Under the pieces are notes generated by a model. It made no database searches. It saw only the letters and a list, made by a program, of their open reading frames with translations, and was not told the origin of the DNA. From Candidatus Brocadiia bacterium (GTDB lineage: Bacteria > Planctomycetota > Brocadiia > CAIUPP01): a stretch of 64,000 nt of DNA. The stretch covers positions 4,653-68,652 of the forward strand of contig JBKQWE010000064.1 of the NCBI GenBank assembly GCA_052139675.1. Direction: 5' to 3'. Of this stretch, positions 48,086 through 56,957 are shown one piece after another. How positions within the stretch are numbered: position 1 is the first letter of the stretch; every line of letters starts with the position of its first letter. A program made the position numbers and the translations under genes.

Positions 48086-49090
48086 GTGAGAAAGCAGGCA
48101 AGCGGACCCGAACAGGCTCCAGAGAGCGCGCTGCAGGAATTCATCCAGTTCTGGCATGCGACGTTCGAGGCCCTCAGCGAAGGCATTTTTCTCTGCAACA
48201 AGGAAGGGCGGATCCTGCTGTGCAACGCGGCGCTCCTGAAGCTGCTGGGGAAGCGTTCGGCGGAGGTCATCGGACGATCCTGCTGGGAAGTCGCCCACAC
48301 GGCGTGCCGGCGCATAGACAACTGCCCGGCGGTCCGCATGCGGAAGAGCGGCCTCAAGGAACGGCTGCTCTGGCAGATGGGAGACCGCTGGCTGGAAACC
48401 GTGGTGGACGCGATGCGCGAAGACGGCCGGATCACCGGCTACGTCCATTTCATATTCGACGTCACCGACCGGGAACAGACGCAGCAGCGGCTCAAGGACT
48501 CCGCCGCAAAACTGAAACAGATGATGGACGGCAGCATCCGGGCGATCGCCTCGACGCTGGAGATGCGCGATCCGTACACGGCCGGCCACCAGCGGCGCGT
48601 TGCGCAACTCGCCTGCGACATGGCCGCGGAAATGGGGATGCCGCCGGGCCGGATCGAGGGTCTGCGCATCGCCTGCTACGTCCACGACATCGGCAAGATC
48701 GCCGTGCCCGCCGAGATTCTCGCCAAGCCGACCGAGCTCAGCGAGCACGAGTTCGGCATCATCAAGACGCACCCGCAGTTCGGAGCGGACGTCCTCAAGG
48801 AGATTGACTTCATCTGGCCGGTCGCCGAGGCGACGCTCCAGCATCACGAACGGCTGGACGGCTCCGGCTATCCGAACCGGTTGAAAGGGGAGAAAATCAT
48901 CCTCGAAGCCCGCGTCCTGGCGGTCGCCGACGTCGTCGAGGCCATGTGTTCCCATCGCCCCTATCGTCCCGCGCTCAGCATCGCCCAGGCGTTGCAGGAA
49001 ATCGCCGGCGGCAGGGGCACACGCTACGACGCACAAGCCGTGGATGCCTGTCTCAAGTTATTCCGCAGGAAGCACTTCCGATTCACGTGA
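48086..49090 (+). CDS. PAS + HD-GYP phosphodiesterase
   Basis: RDPYTAGHQRRV, HDIGK, HHERLDGSGYP; GTG after AAGGAG. Confidence 0.9.
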   Translation: MRKQASGPEQAPESALQEFIQFWHATFEALSEGIFLCNKEGRILLCNAALLKLLGKRSAEVIGRSCWEVAHTACRRIDNCPAVRMRKSGLKERLLWQMGDRWLETVVDAMREDGRITGYVHFIFDVTDREQTQQRLKDSAAKLKQMMDGSIRAIASTLEMRDPYTAGHQRRVAQLACDMAAEMGMPPGRIEGLRIACYVHDIGKIAVPAEILAKPTELSEHEFGIIKTHPQFGADVLKEIDFIWPVAEATLQHHERLDGSGYPNRLKGEKIILEARVLAVADVVEAMCSHRPYRPALSIAQALQEIAGGRGTRYDAQAVDACLKLFRRKHFRFT

Positions 49091-49142
49091 CGGACGGCTG
49101 CTCTTCCCGCCGACGCTCGCCGCCGCAACCGGCCGATGCCGC

Positions 49143-49700
49143 TCATGGATCAAGTCCGATCGGGTTGGGCATGGTCAGGAGCGAGTAGTACGTGTGGCCG
49201 TCCATGGCATGGATGTTGAAGACGTGATGGATCAGCATCCAGGAAGTGGACCACTCGCGGCGACCGTCGGAGAGCTTCGCGTCGGTCTCGTGGCTCATGG
49301 CCAGGCAACCGGTCAGCGCGCTCTGCATCCGCATCCAGTTCACGCGCTCGCCCGCGGCGGTGTACGTGGCGTCGGTGGAGACGGCGAAGAGAACGCTCAA
49401 CGGGCCGAACCCGTGGCCGCTCATGACATGGTAGACCGGTCCTTTCGGCGTATCCATGCGCGTGACGGAACAGTCCCGGTGATAGGCGATCAGTCCCAGC
49501 GGCCACCAGTTGCTGTGCTCGATACGGAGCATCGGCTCCGCGTGCCCGGCCGCCTGCAACGCCTTCCATTCGCTTTCGTACCGCGCCAGCGCGGCTTGAT
49601 CCAGGTCGTGCTTCAGGTCAACGCTCCGGTACGGGTTCGGCCCGACGCAGCCGGACAACATGGCGCCCGCGAACGCGGCGACGGCCATGACTTTCCACAT
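49143..49700 (-). CDS. Hypothetical lipoprotein
   Basis: Lipobox LSGC; His/Met-rich C-terminus. Confidence 0.7.
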   Translation of the reverse strand: MWKVMAVAAFAGAMLSGCVGPNPYRSVDLKHDLDQAALARYESEWKALQAAGHAEPMLRIEHSNWWPLGLIAYHRDCSVTRMDTPKGPVYHVMSGHGFGPLSVLFAVSTDATYTAAGERVNWMRMQSALTGCLAMSHETDAKLSDGRREWSTSWMLIHHVFNIHAMDGHTYYSLLTMPNPIGLDP

Positions 49701-49734
49701 CGCATGAATCTCCTGCTGCTAACACGGCCGTTCT

Positions 49735-50100
49735 TTATTGCGGGGTCTTGTCGAGAACGACGCCCTTGTCCTCAAGCGCTTTGACGTACTTCGCCGGGTC
49801 CTTCGCGAACACTGCCGGGCAGCCGCCGCAGCAGAAGTAAACGCGCTTGCCCTGATAGTCGGTGAAGATTTCCTTGTTGATCCTGCCTCCCATGATCGGA
49901 CAATCGGTCTGCGCGGTTCCGCCCGGGGCCTTGGCGTCGGCCGCGGGCGCCGCAGGCGCTGTGGCCGCGCTCGGGTCGGACGACGCGCCCTGCGCCGAGG
50001 TGTCGCTTCGCCCGCAGCCCAACAGCGAAATCCCGAGTCCAATTACGCCGGCCAGCGCCAGCGCGCCTAACGTCTTTCCGCCGAAACTCATGGGGCTCAT
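49735..50100 (-). CDS. YHS-domain (metal-binding) lipoprotein
   Basis: Lipobox LLGC; CPIMGG...YQGKRVYFCCGGC...F..DP.KY. Confidence 0.85.
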   Translation of the reverse strand: MSPMSFGGKTLGALALAGVIGLGISLLGCGRSDTSAQGASSDPSAATAPAAPAADAKAPGGTAQTDCPIMGGRINKEIFTDYQGKRVYFCCGGCPAVFAKDPAKYVKALEDKGVVLDKTPQ

Positions 50101-50144
50101 GTCCGCCTCCTTCAAGAGAAACTTTCTGCTTCCACTCGGAGATC

Positions 50145-50160
50145 AGCAAAGACCGTGCCA
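50145..50160 (-). promoter_or_regulatory. sigma54 (-24/-12) promoter
   Basis: Minus strand TGGCAC-GGTCT-TTGCT, exact consensus spacing. Confidence 0.75.
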
Positions 50161-50230
50161 TCGCCTGTTATTGCCGGGCATCGGTTTTTCCAGTACTTTG
50201 CAGAGTGACTAGCCGCGTCTTTGGCTGGTT

Positions 50231-50246
50231 TGTGTGATATGACACA
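50231..50246. promoter_or_regulatory. Candidate enhancer-binding-protein UAS
   Basis: Near-palindrome TGTGTGATATGACACA about 70 bp upstream of the sigma54 site. Confidence 0.45.
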
Positions 50247-50453
50247 GCGAGGTGTACGAAAGTGCGCGCGGCCAACGCGCTCGCCATCGCCCCAACGATG
50301 CTGTAGCGAAAAACCTAAAGCTTAGCCGCCCATGGAAAAGTTTGGCACAGGCCCTCGCCCGTGCGAGTGCATCGCTTGTAGTGGCGCCGTCAGGCGCTAA
50401 TTCGTATGCCCTGACGGGCACACTACGAGCGGGCAAAACTCGTTGCCTTCGAT

Positions 50454-52502
50454 TCACCGGCGGATTTCGTCGGCGGGGAGCGCGCCGTGGTCGGGCAGCG
50501 CGCGCAGGTAGTCCTTGTAGTCCTTCCAGGCGACGTAATCCATCTCGTCGAGGAACGGCCGCCGGCCGGGCTGCGAGAGGGCCTTCACGGCCGAAGATTC
50601 GCCGTAGCGCAGATACGCCTGTGAGACGAACCCCACGAGCAGGAAGCAGGCCACGAGGACAGGCAGCAGGCTCCGCCGGACGCTCATGCGGAACTCGGCG
50701 CGGTCGGCGATGGCCGCCGCGCGGCAGGAGAGCCTCGCGGCGCGCCGCCCCAGGAACAGCGACAGGCCGAAGATCAGCAGCGCCGCGCCGCCCATTTCCA
50801 GCGCCACGCGCCCCGGCTGATAGTTGATGCCGTAGTGCGCGCTGCCGCCGGCGAAGGCGCGTGTGAGAATCGCGTACGCCGCCAGCGGAAGCGCCACGGC
50901 GATCAGCGCGATCCAGCCGAGCCGCCGCCAGCCGACGAAGTACAGCTTCGGCCCGCCGGTGTCCTTGCGGTGGCGCCACAGGCTCCAACAGGTCCCGATG
51001 CCCAGCCAGCCGACGGCGATCAAATAGAGCAGCGCCAGGCAGCCCAGCGCCGCGCGCTCGGCCATGAAACGCTCGGCCCGCGCGAGGTCGGTCACGATCG
51101 AAAAGTCCGTCAACGGCGCAACCGGAAAAAGCCGAAAGCCCAAAAATCCCGCCCGCGCGGCGCGAACTTTGTAGTCTTCTCCGCTCCGGTCCACCCTCTG
51201 GAGGAAATTCCCTTCCTGTTGAGACTCCTTCCGGGCCAGCGCCAGCGCCTGGTCCGCCAGATCGCGTTTCCCCAGGCGTTCGTCCAGCGCCGCGCCCTGG
51301 CGCAACGTGATTAACCGCATGGCATCAGCCACGAGGAGGTCGATAATCAGCCTGCTCGTAGCACCGAGCTGTTCGCCGGCGACGGGCGCCGTGCGGATCA
51401 GCGCCTCAGCCTCCTGCGGATGCCCTTCCTGGATGAGCAATGCGGCGTAGGCCATGACGCCGCGCGACATGTTTCTCAGGCAGGCCAGGTCCGGGAGTAG
51501 TATGCCCGCCCACTCCTGCATCAGGCAGAGTTCGTCCAGCAGCGTCGTCGGCGGCTTGCGAAGGGTCTGCAACTCATCCTCAGACTCGACTGCATAAGAC
51601 CGGTAAAACGGCTTTGTCAGGCCTTTCCGGTATTCATCGAGGCCGCGCTCGAACGTGGTCCGGTCAGTGAAGACGAGACGTTCACCATGGCCCGTGGTGG
51701 GTTGCTTGCCGAGGGCGGGGAGCTTAAAGGTAAACGAAGGGTCCACTTCCTGTTTCGCCGCTCCGCTCTTGTACATGAAGAGGTCCGCCTTCATGTAATT
51801 CCAGAAGGCGTTGTCCGGATCGGCCCGTTCTCCCGCATCGAGAATAGCCTGTGCGTCGGCGAAGTTCCTGTCGGAAGGCGCGAGCGTATCAACGTTCTTG
51901 GCTCGCAAGCCGGCGAGAAACGCGACATACTGACGCGCGCGGTAAACCGGGTTGTCCGGATGAAGGCGAACCAACTGCTCCCATCTCTCTACCCTCTGGT
52001 TCGGGTTTTCATCGAACTGATTCGCTTCCAGCAGCAGCCGCTCGTCTTCCTTCAGGCCGCTTCGAGCAGCGACAGGAGGGTACAATTCCTCGGCTAGCTT
52101 ATTCGGCAGGAACGCCCTCAGAGTGCCGACAGAAGAGGAATCTCCGCTTAGCTCAGAAGCCAGGCGAAGCACGCCCGCAACCTCCACCATTGCTGCGCAA
52201 AGCCACAGCGCCAGGAGGATGCCGGCGGGCATCAGGACGAGCCGGCCGGTCCACTTTGCCATGGCGCGCAGGCGCATGCGGCGGCGATTGGCCTGCCAGA
52301 GTTTTTCGCCGATCTCCGCGGGATCGCCGAAAGCGCGGAGAGCGGTCTCCTCGGCGCGCGCCTCGTCCATCCCGCCGGCGCGGGCGGCGGCGACGGCATC
52401 CTCAAGGTGCGCGCGGAGTTCGCGGGCGATTTCCCGCTGCAGCTCCGCATCCGGCCCAAAGCGGTAGGTGGCCGCCTGGATCAGATCGTCCATCCGCTTC
52501 AT
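50454..52502 (-). CDS. Membrane protein with permease-prefix (HAAS-like) N-terminus
   Basis: EIARELRAHLED...A...FGDPAEI; TMs; coupled to padR. Confidence 0.75.
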   Translation of the reverse strand: MKRMDDLIQAATYRFGPDAELQREIARELRAHLEDAVAAARAGGMDEARAEETALRAFGDPAEIGEKLWQANRRRMRLRAMAKWTGRLVLMPAGILLALWLCAAMVEVAGVLRLASELSGDSSSVGTLRAFLPNKLAEELYPPVAARSGLKEDERLLLEANQFDENPNQRVERWEQLVRLHPDNPVYRARQYVAFLAGLRAKNVDTLAPSDRNFADAQAILDAGERADPDNAFWNYMKADLFMYKSGAAKQEVDPSFTFKLPALGKQPTTGHGERLVFTDRTTFERGLDEYRKGLTKPFYRSYAVESEDELQTLRKPPTTLLDELCLMQEWAGILLPDLACLRNMSRGVMAYAALLIQEGHPQEAEALIRTAPVAGEQLGATSRLIIDLLVADAMRLITLRQGAALDERLGKRDLADQALALARKESQQEGNFLQRVDRSGEDYKVRAARAGFLGFRLFPVAPLTDFSIVTDLARAERFMAERAALGCLALLYLIAVGWLGIGTCWSLWRHRKDTGGPKLYFVGWRRLGWIALIAVALPLAAYAILTRAFAGGSAHYGINYQPGRVALEMGGAALLIFGLSLFLGRRAARLSCRAAAIADRAEFRMSVRRSLLPVLVACFLLVGFVSQAYLRYGESSAVKALSQPGRRPFLDEMDYVAWKDYKDYLRALPDHGALPADEIRR

Positions 52503-52834
52503 GCCGTGGCTCCCATGAGCAGGGCGGTGATCGTCTTGGAAAAGGCGGCCCACTCTTCGGTGCGGCTGGCCAACTCGGCGCGGCCCTTGCGCGTGATGCG
52601 GTAGTATTTCCGCTGCTTGCCGCTCTCCGCCTCGCGCCAGGCGGAACTGAGCAGCCCGTCGGACTCCAGTTGATGCAGGCACGGATAGAGCGTGCCCTCC
52701 TTCCACTGGAGCGCGCCCTGCGTGCGCTCGTTGACGAGCTTGACGATCTCGTACCCGTACCGCTCGCGCTCGGACAGCAGCTTCAGCACGATCGGCGCCA
52801 CGCTCCCTTTCACCAGGTCGCTGCGGAATTCCAT
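52499..52834 (-). CDS. PadR family transcriptional regulator
   Basis: YGYEIVK, GTLYPCLHQLE, RKYYRIT.KG. Confidence 0.95.
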   Translation of the reverse strand: MEFRSDLVKGSVAPIVLKLLSERERYGYEIVKLVNERTQGALQWKEGTLYPCLHQLESDGLLSSAWREAESGKQRKYYRITRKGRAELASRTEEWAAFSKTITALLMGATA

Positions 52835-52856
52835 GTCGTTCACCTCCTTGTCCAAG

Positions 52857-52905
52857 TTACATAGATTACCTATGCAACTGTACCATGGCATCCTAGGCAT
52901 GTCAA
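52857..52905 (-). promoter_or_regulatory. padR promoter with overlapping inverted-repeat operator
   Basis: TTGACA-17 nt-TACAGT followed by TTGCATAG-N5-CTATGTAA. Confidence 0.65.
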
Positions 52906-52934
52906 GGGGGATTTTGTGGACAAGCGACTGTGGA

Positions 52935-52986
52935 CGAAAGACGATGGACGACGGAGATGGACGATGGACGATGGACGATGGACGAT
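52935..52986. repeat. (GACGATG)n heptamer tandem repeat
   Basis: GACGATGGACGACGGAGATGGACGATGGACGATGGACGATGGACGAT. Confidence 0.9.
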
Positions 52987-53038
52987 ACGTCTCTTGCACC
53001 TCTTCGCGGCGAAACTCGTTGCCTTCCCCTCGAAGGCC

Positions 53039-53689
53039 TTACTTCTTCGGATAGCCGACGCCCTGGGCGAGGACAATCTTCTGGTCCGGGCGCAGTTTCA
53101 TCGCCTGCGCGAGTTCATCCCTGTCTATCAATCCGCGCACGCCCGTCGCGAGTCCCTCCGACGCGCAGAACAGGTAGACGTTCTGGCTGATGAAGCCCGT
53201 GTCCGCCGCCGAGTACATCATCTTGTCCGCGTCGGATATGTCGCCCATCTTCGCGTAATCGGCGACGAAGACCAGGCTCACCGGTGCCTCCTTCACGAAC
53301 GGCTGCTTGCCGGTCGCCGCCCGGATGTCCTTCTCCAGCACGGGCTGCAGCGCGTTGGAGTTTGCGTCGTAAAGATAGAGGCCGCTGGATGTTGCGACGT
53401 AGACGTCAATCTCCTGCCAGTTCACGGTCGAAGGCGCGGTGCGCTTCCCGTCCGGGCGATTGACTCCGTCCGCCGCCCAGAGCAGGTTCGAGAGAAGCTG
53501 CTGCGAAAGCTTCTCCGGGCTGAAGCTGCGCGAGGTCTGCCGGTCCCTCAGCACTCGCATCAACGGCTTGCCGCCCTCCATCTGCGGCTTGGGAAGCGAA
53601 ATCGGCTTGAGCGCCTCGCCCGCCGCCAGCGCCATGCCGCCCAGGAACAGCGCTACGCCCAACGCGCCAAGAATTCTCCTCGCGCTCAT
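53039..53689 (-). CDS. Nitroreductase family (SagB/ThcOx-like) protein with signal peptide
   Basis: RQTSRSF, LLWAADG, RTAPS, QNVYLFCASEGL, VGYP. Confidence 0.85.
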   Translation of the reverse strand: MSARRILGALGVALFLGGMALAAGEALKPISLPKPQMEGGKPLMRVLRDRQTSRSFSPEKLSQQLLSNLLWAADGVNRPDGKRTAPSTVNWQEIDVYVATSSGLYLYDANSNALQPVLEKDIRAATGKQPFVKEAPVSLVFVADYAKMGDISDADKMMYSAADTGFISQNVYLFCASEGLATGVRGLIDRDELAQAMKLRPDQKIVLAQGVGYPKK

Positions 53690-53700
53690 GAGTGCCTCCT

Positions 53701-56700
53701 TCAACCGACTTTCTGAACCGTGAGCCGGATGTCGCGGCCGGAAAGGGTGATCTCCTTCGCCGATTCGCTGTGGCCCGGGAACAGATCGTTGCACAACGTC
53801 TCGCCGCGGATGTGCGGCCGGTTCTCCGCGATCGCCTGGAGCAGGACTTCATCGGCGGTCTCGTACGCGACGTTGACGTGGTCCATGAGGTCGAGGTCGA
53901 GTTCCTTACGGATCTGCTGGATGTGCCGGACGATGTCGCGCGAGAGGCCCTCGCGCTCGAGCTCCGGCGTGATGCGGATGTCGAGCGCGACGGCCAGCCC
54001 GCGCTCCTCCGAAACCGCGCAGCCGGCGGCTTCTTTCTTGACGACGACGATTTCCTCAGGGAGCAATTCCCATCCGCGGCCCTCGGATTCGAGCTTGAGC
54101 GGCGCGCCTTTGGCGACCGTCTGCGCGACGGCCGCCGGGCTCTCGCGCTCGAGCAGCTTGCGGATTGCGCCGGCGTCCTTGCCGTACTTCGGGCCGAGGA
54201 GTTTCATGTTCGGCTTGACCTCGTACGAGACGAGCGCGCCGAGGTCCCTGGCGATCGTCAGCTTCTTGATGTTGAGCTCGTCGAGGATGTGCGCCTCGAA
54301 GCGGCGGAGCGCCTTCGCCTGCGTCTCGTCGGCCGGAAGCACGATCATCTCGCTCAGCGGCAGGCGGACGCGCAACTGCCGCGCCTCGCGCAGCGCCAGC
54401 GCGGCGGAGACGATCTGCATGGCCGCGTCCATCTCGCGGCTGAGCGCCTCGTCATGGAGCGCCGGGTCCGGCTGCGGATAATCGCAGTGGTGGACGCTCT
54501 CCGGCGCGGCCGGGTCCACGTCGCGGACGAGCCGCTGGTAGAACCGCTCGGTGAGGAACGGGACGATCGGCGCGAGCGCCTTGCAGAGCGCCACGAGCGC
54601 CTCGTGCAGCGTCTGGTACGCGGCGAGCTTGTCGCGGTCGCTCGGGTCCTTCGGCCGCCAGAACCGCCGGCGCGAGCGTCGCACGTACCAGGTGCTCAGC
54701 GCGTCAATGAACTCCTCCGCCGCGCGCACCAGCGAGGGCGCGTCGTATTCCGCCAGCCGCTCGTTGGCCGTCGCCAGCAGTTCCTGGAGCCGCGAGAGGA
54801 TCCAGCGGTCGAGGTCCTGCCGCTCGGCGACCGGGACTTTTGGCAGGGCCGGATCGAAATCGTCCGTCCGCGCGTAACTGACGAAGAAGCTCAGCGTATT
54901 CCACCAGGTGTTGAAGACCTTGCGCCGGACCTGGTCGGTGAGCGTGTAGCCGAAGTTCAGGTTGTTGCTCGGGTTCTGGCGGCAGAAGAGCCAGCGCATG
55001 GCGTCCACGCCCGCCTTTTCAGCCCCCTCGTCGAAGACGATGGAATTGGGGCCGGACTTGCTCATCTCCTCGCCCTTTTCGTCGCGGACGAAGGCGTGGC
55101 CGAGGAGCGTGCGGAAGGGCGGCGTCTGCTCCATCATCGCGCTCATGGAGAGCAGGGCGTAGAACCAGTTGCGGAACTGGCCGGGGAAACACTCGAGCAC
55201 GAGATCGGCCGGGATCCATTTCTTCCAGTATTCGCGGTCGCTGTTGTATCGCACGGTCGAGTAGGGCACGATGCCGGCGTCGAGCCACGGGTTGCCTACA
55301 TCCGGGATGCGCGCGGCCTGGCCACCGCATTTTTCGCACCGGATGCGGATAGCGTCCACCCAGGGCCGATGCGGCGAGTTGCCCTCGAACTGCTCCCAGC
55401 CGGCGACCGCGCGCGCCTTGAGTTCCTCCTTGCCGCCGATGACGTCGAACCAGCCGCACTCGCACGAGAAGATCGGCAGCGCCAGGCCCCAGTAGCGCTT
55501 CTTGCTGATCATCCAGTCGTGCATGTTCGCCAGCCAGTCCAACTCCAGGTCCTTGCCGTAGTCGGGGATCCAGCGGATCTGGTGGACGATCTTCATGATC
55601 TCCTCGCGCCAGGACATGTTGATGTACCACTCGTCCACGGCGCGGAAGAGCAACTGCGTCTTGCAGCGCCAGCAGTGCGGGTAATCGTGCTCGTACATCT
55701 CGCGCTTGTAATAGACGTTGCGCCGGCGGAGCTCTTCGAGCACGTCGTTGGCGACCTCGCCGGCGAACCGGCCGGAGAGGAACCCGTAGCCTGGCACGTA
55801 AATGCCCGCCTCGTCAATCGGCGCCAGCACGGGCAGGTTCAGCTCCTTCGAGAGGTCGAAATCCTCCTTGCCGCACCCCGGCGCGATGTGCACGATGCCG
55901 GTTCCCTCAGTGGCGGTGACCTCCTTCCACGCGATCACGCGATGCGCGGCCTGGACCTCGGCCGGCCTGGGCAGGTCGTCGAACGGCCCTTCGTACTCCA
56001 GGCCGAGCAGGCGGCTGCCGGGGAGCTCTTCGAGGACCTCGAACGGCCCGTGCTCCTTCATCACGCGCACGAGTTCGCGCGCGAGATAATATATCTCGCC
56101 GCCCTGGCGGACCTTCACGTACGGCATCTCCGGGTGCACCGCGCAGGCCACGTTGGCGGCGAGCGTCCACGGCGTGGTCGTCCACACCAGCAGGTGCTCG
56201 CCCGGCCGCCCGCGCAGGCGCAGCTTGATGTACACCGCCTGGTCGAGAATCCGCTTGTAGCCCTCGCGGCGCTCCTGCTCGGAAATGCCCGTGCCGCAGC
56301 GCGGGCACCAGGGCATCGCGTCGAGCCCCTTGTAGATCAGCTTGCGCTCGTGGCACTTCTTCAGGAACGCCCAGATCGTGTAATTGTTCTCGTCGGACAT
56401 CGTGAAGTAACTGCGGCGCTGGCCCGGCGCCCTGGCCCAGTCCTCCTCGCGGTCCCAGTCCATCCAGTAGCCGAGCCGGATGGATTGCTCCGTCTGGATG
56501 CGCGCGAACTTATTCACGCGCTCCTTGCACTGGTTGATGAACTTCTCGAGGCCGTGCGCCTCGATATCGCGCTTGGTCTTGAAGCCCAGCTCCTTCTCGA
56601 CCTCGACCTCGACCCAGAGTCCCTGGCAATCGAAGCCGTTCTGGTAGCGGAGCTCGCGGCCCTTCATCGCGTGGAAGCGCTGGTAGCAGTCCTTGAGCGA

Positions 56701-56886
56701 GCGGCCCCAGGCGTGGTGGACGCCCATCGGGTTGTTGGCCGTGATCGGGCCGTCGAGGAAGGACCACTTCGGCTTGCCCGCGTTCTTCGCGCGCAGCTTC
56801 TCGAACGCGTCCGTGTCCTTCCAGAACTGGAGGATTTCATGTTCGGCGGCGACCGGATCGAAGTTCTTTTCGACAGGACGGAACAT
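53701..56886 (-). CDS. ileS: Isoleucine--tRNA ligase, type 2
   Basis: DGPITANNPMGVHH, WTTTPWTL, GTGIVHIAP, DWMISKKRYWG, EMSKS, WYVRRSRRRFW. Confidence 0.95.
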   Translation of the reverse strand: MFRPVEKNFDPVAAEHEILQFWKDTDAFEKLRAKNAGKPKWSFLDGPITANNPMGVHHAWGRSLKDCYQRFHAMKGRELRYQNGFDCQGLWVEVEVEKELGFKTKRDIEAHGLEKFINQCKERVNKFARIQTEQSIRLGYWMDWDREEDWARAPGQRRSYFTMSDENNYTIWAFLKKCHERKLIYKGLDAMPWCPRCGTGISEQERREGYKRILDQAVYIKLRLRGRPGEHLLVWTTTPWTLAANVACAVHPEMPYVKVRQGGEIYYLARELVRVMKEHGPFEVLEELPGSRLLGLEYEGPFDDLPRPAEVQAAHRVIAWKEVTATEGTGIVHIAPGCGKEDFDLSKELNLPVLAPIDEAGIYVPGYGFLSGRFAGEVANDVLEELRRRNVYYKREMYEHDYPHCWRCKTQLLFRAVDEWYINMSWREEIMKIVHQIRWIPDYGKDLELDWLANMHDWMISKKRYWGLALPIFSCECGWFDVIGGKEELKARAVAGWEQFEGNSPHRPWVDAIRIRCEKCGGQAARIPDVGNPWLDAGIVPYSTVRYNSDREYWKKWIPADLVLECFPGQFRNWFYALLSMSAMMEQTPPFRTLLGHAFVRDEKGEEMSKSGPNSIVFDEGAEKAGVDAMRWLFCRQNPSNNLNFGYTLTDQVRRKVFNTWWNTLSFFVSYARTDDFDPALPKVPVAERQDLDRWILSRLQELLATANERLAEYDAPSLVRAAEEFIDALSTWYVRRSRRRFWRPKDPSDRDKLAAYQTLHEALVALCKALAPIVPFLTERFYQRLVRDVDPAAPESVHHCDYPQPDPALHDEALSREMDAAMQIVSAALALREARQLRVRLPLSEMIVLPADETQAKALRRFEAHILDELNIKKLTIARDLGALVSYEVKPNMKLLGPKYGKDAGAIRKLLERESPAAVAQTVAKGAPLKLESEGRGWELLPEEIVVVKKEAAGCAVSEERGLAVALDIRITPELEREGLSRDIVRHIQQIRKELDLDLMDHVNVAYETADEVLLQAIAENRPHIRGETLCNDLFPGHSESAKEITLSGRDIRLTVQKVG

Positions 56887-56957
56887 TTCGGACCCTTGAG
56901 ATAAAGCCGGCGCAGACGCGGCCGAATATAGGAATTTAGCGGTTAGCAGGAGAAGAT

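Noticed and set aside
50342-50358. Second sigma54-like site TGGCACAGGCCCTCGC on the plus strand
   Set aside because: Poor -12 element and no downstream plus-strand gene.
53039-53689. SagB-like enzyme as an azole RiPP maturase
   Set aside because: No YcaO or precursor nearby; it has a signal peptide and looks like a standalone nitroreductase.
53692-56904. 1070-aa plus-strand ORF, and similar long ORFs such as 1445-3376, 6382-8973, 10671-12686, 43478-45649 and 46748-49036
   Set aside because: Antisense shadows of real genes in high-GC DNA; no recognisable motifs.
56887-56957. T-box leader for ileS
   Set aside because: Gap is only about 70 nt and has no T-box motif.
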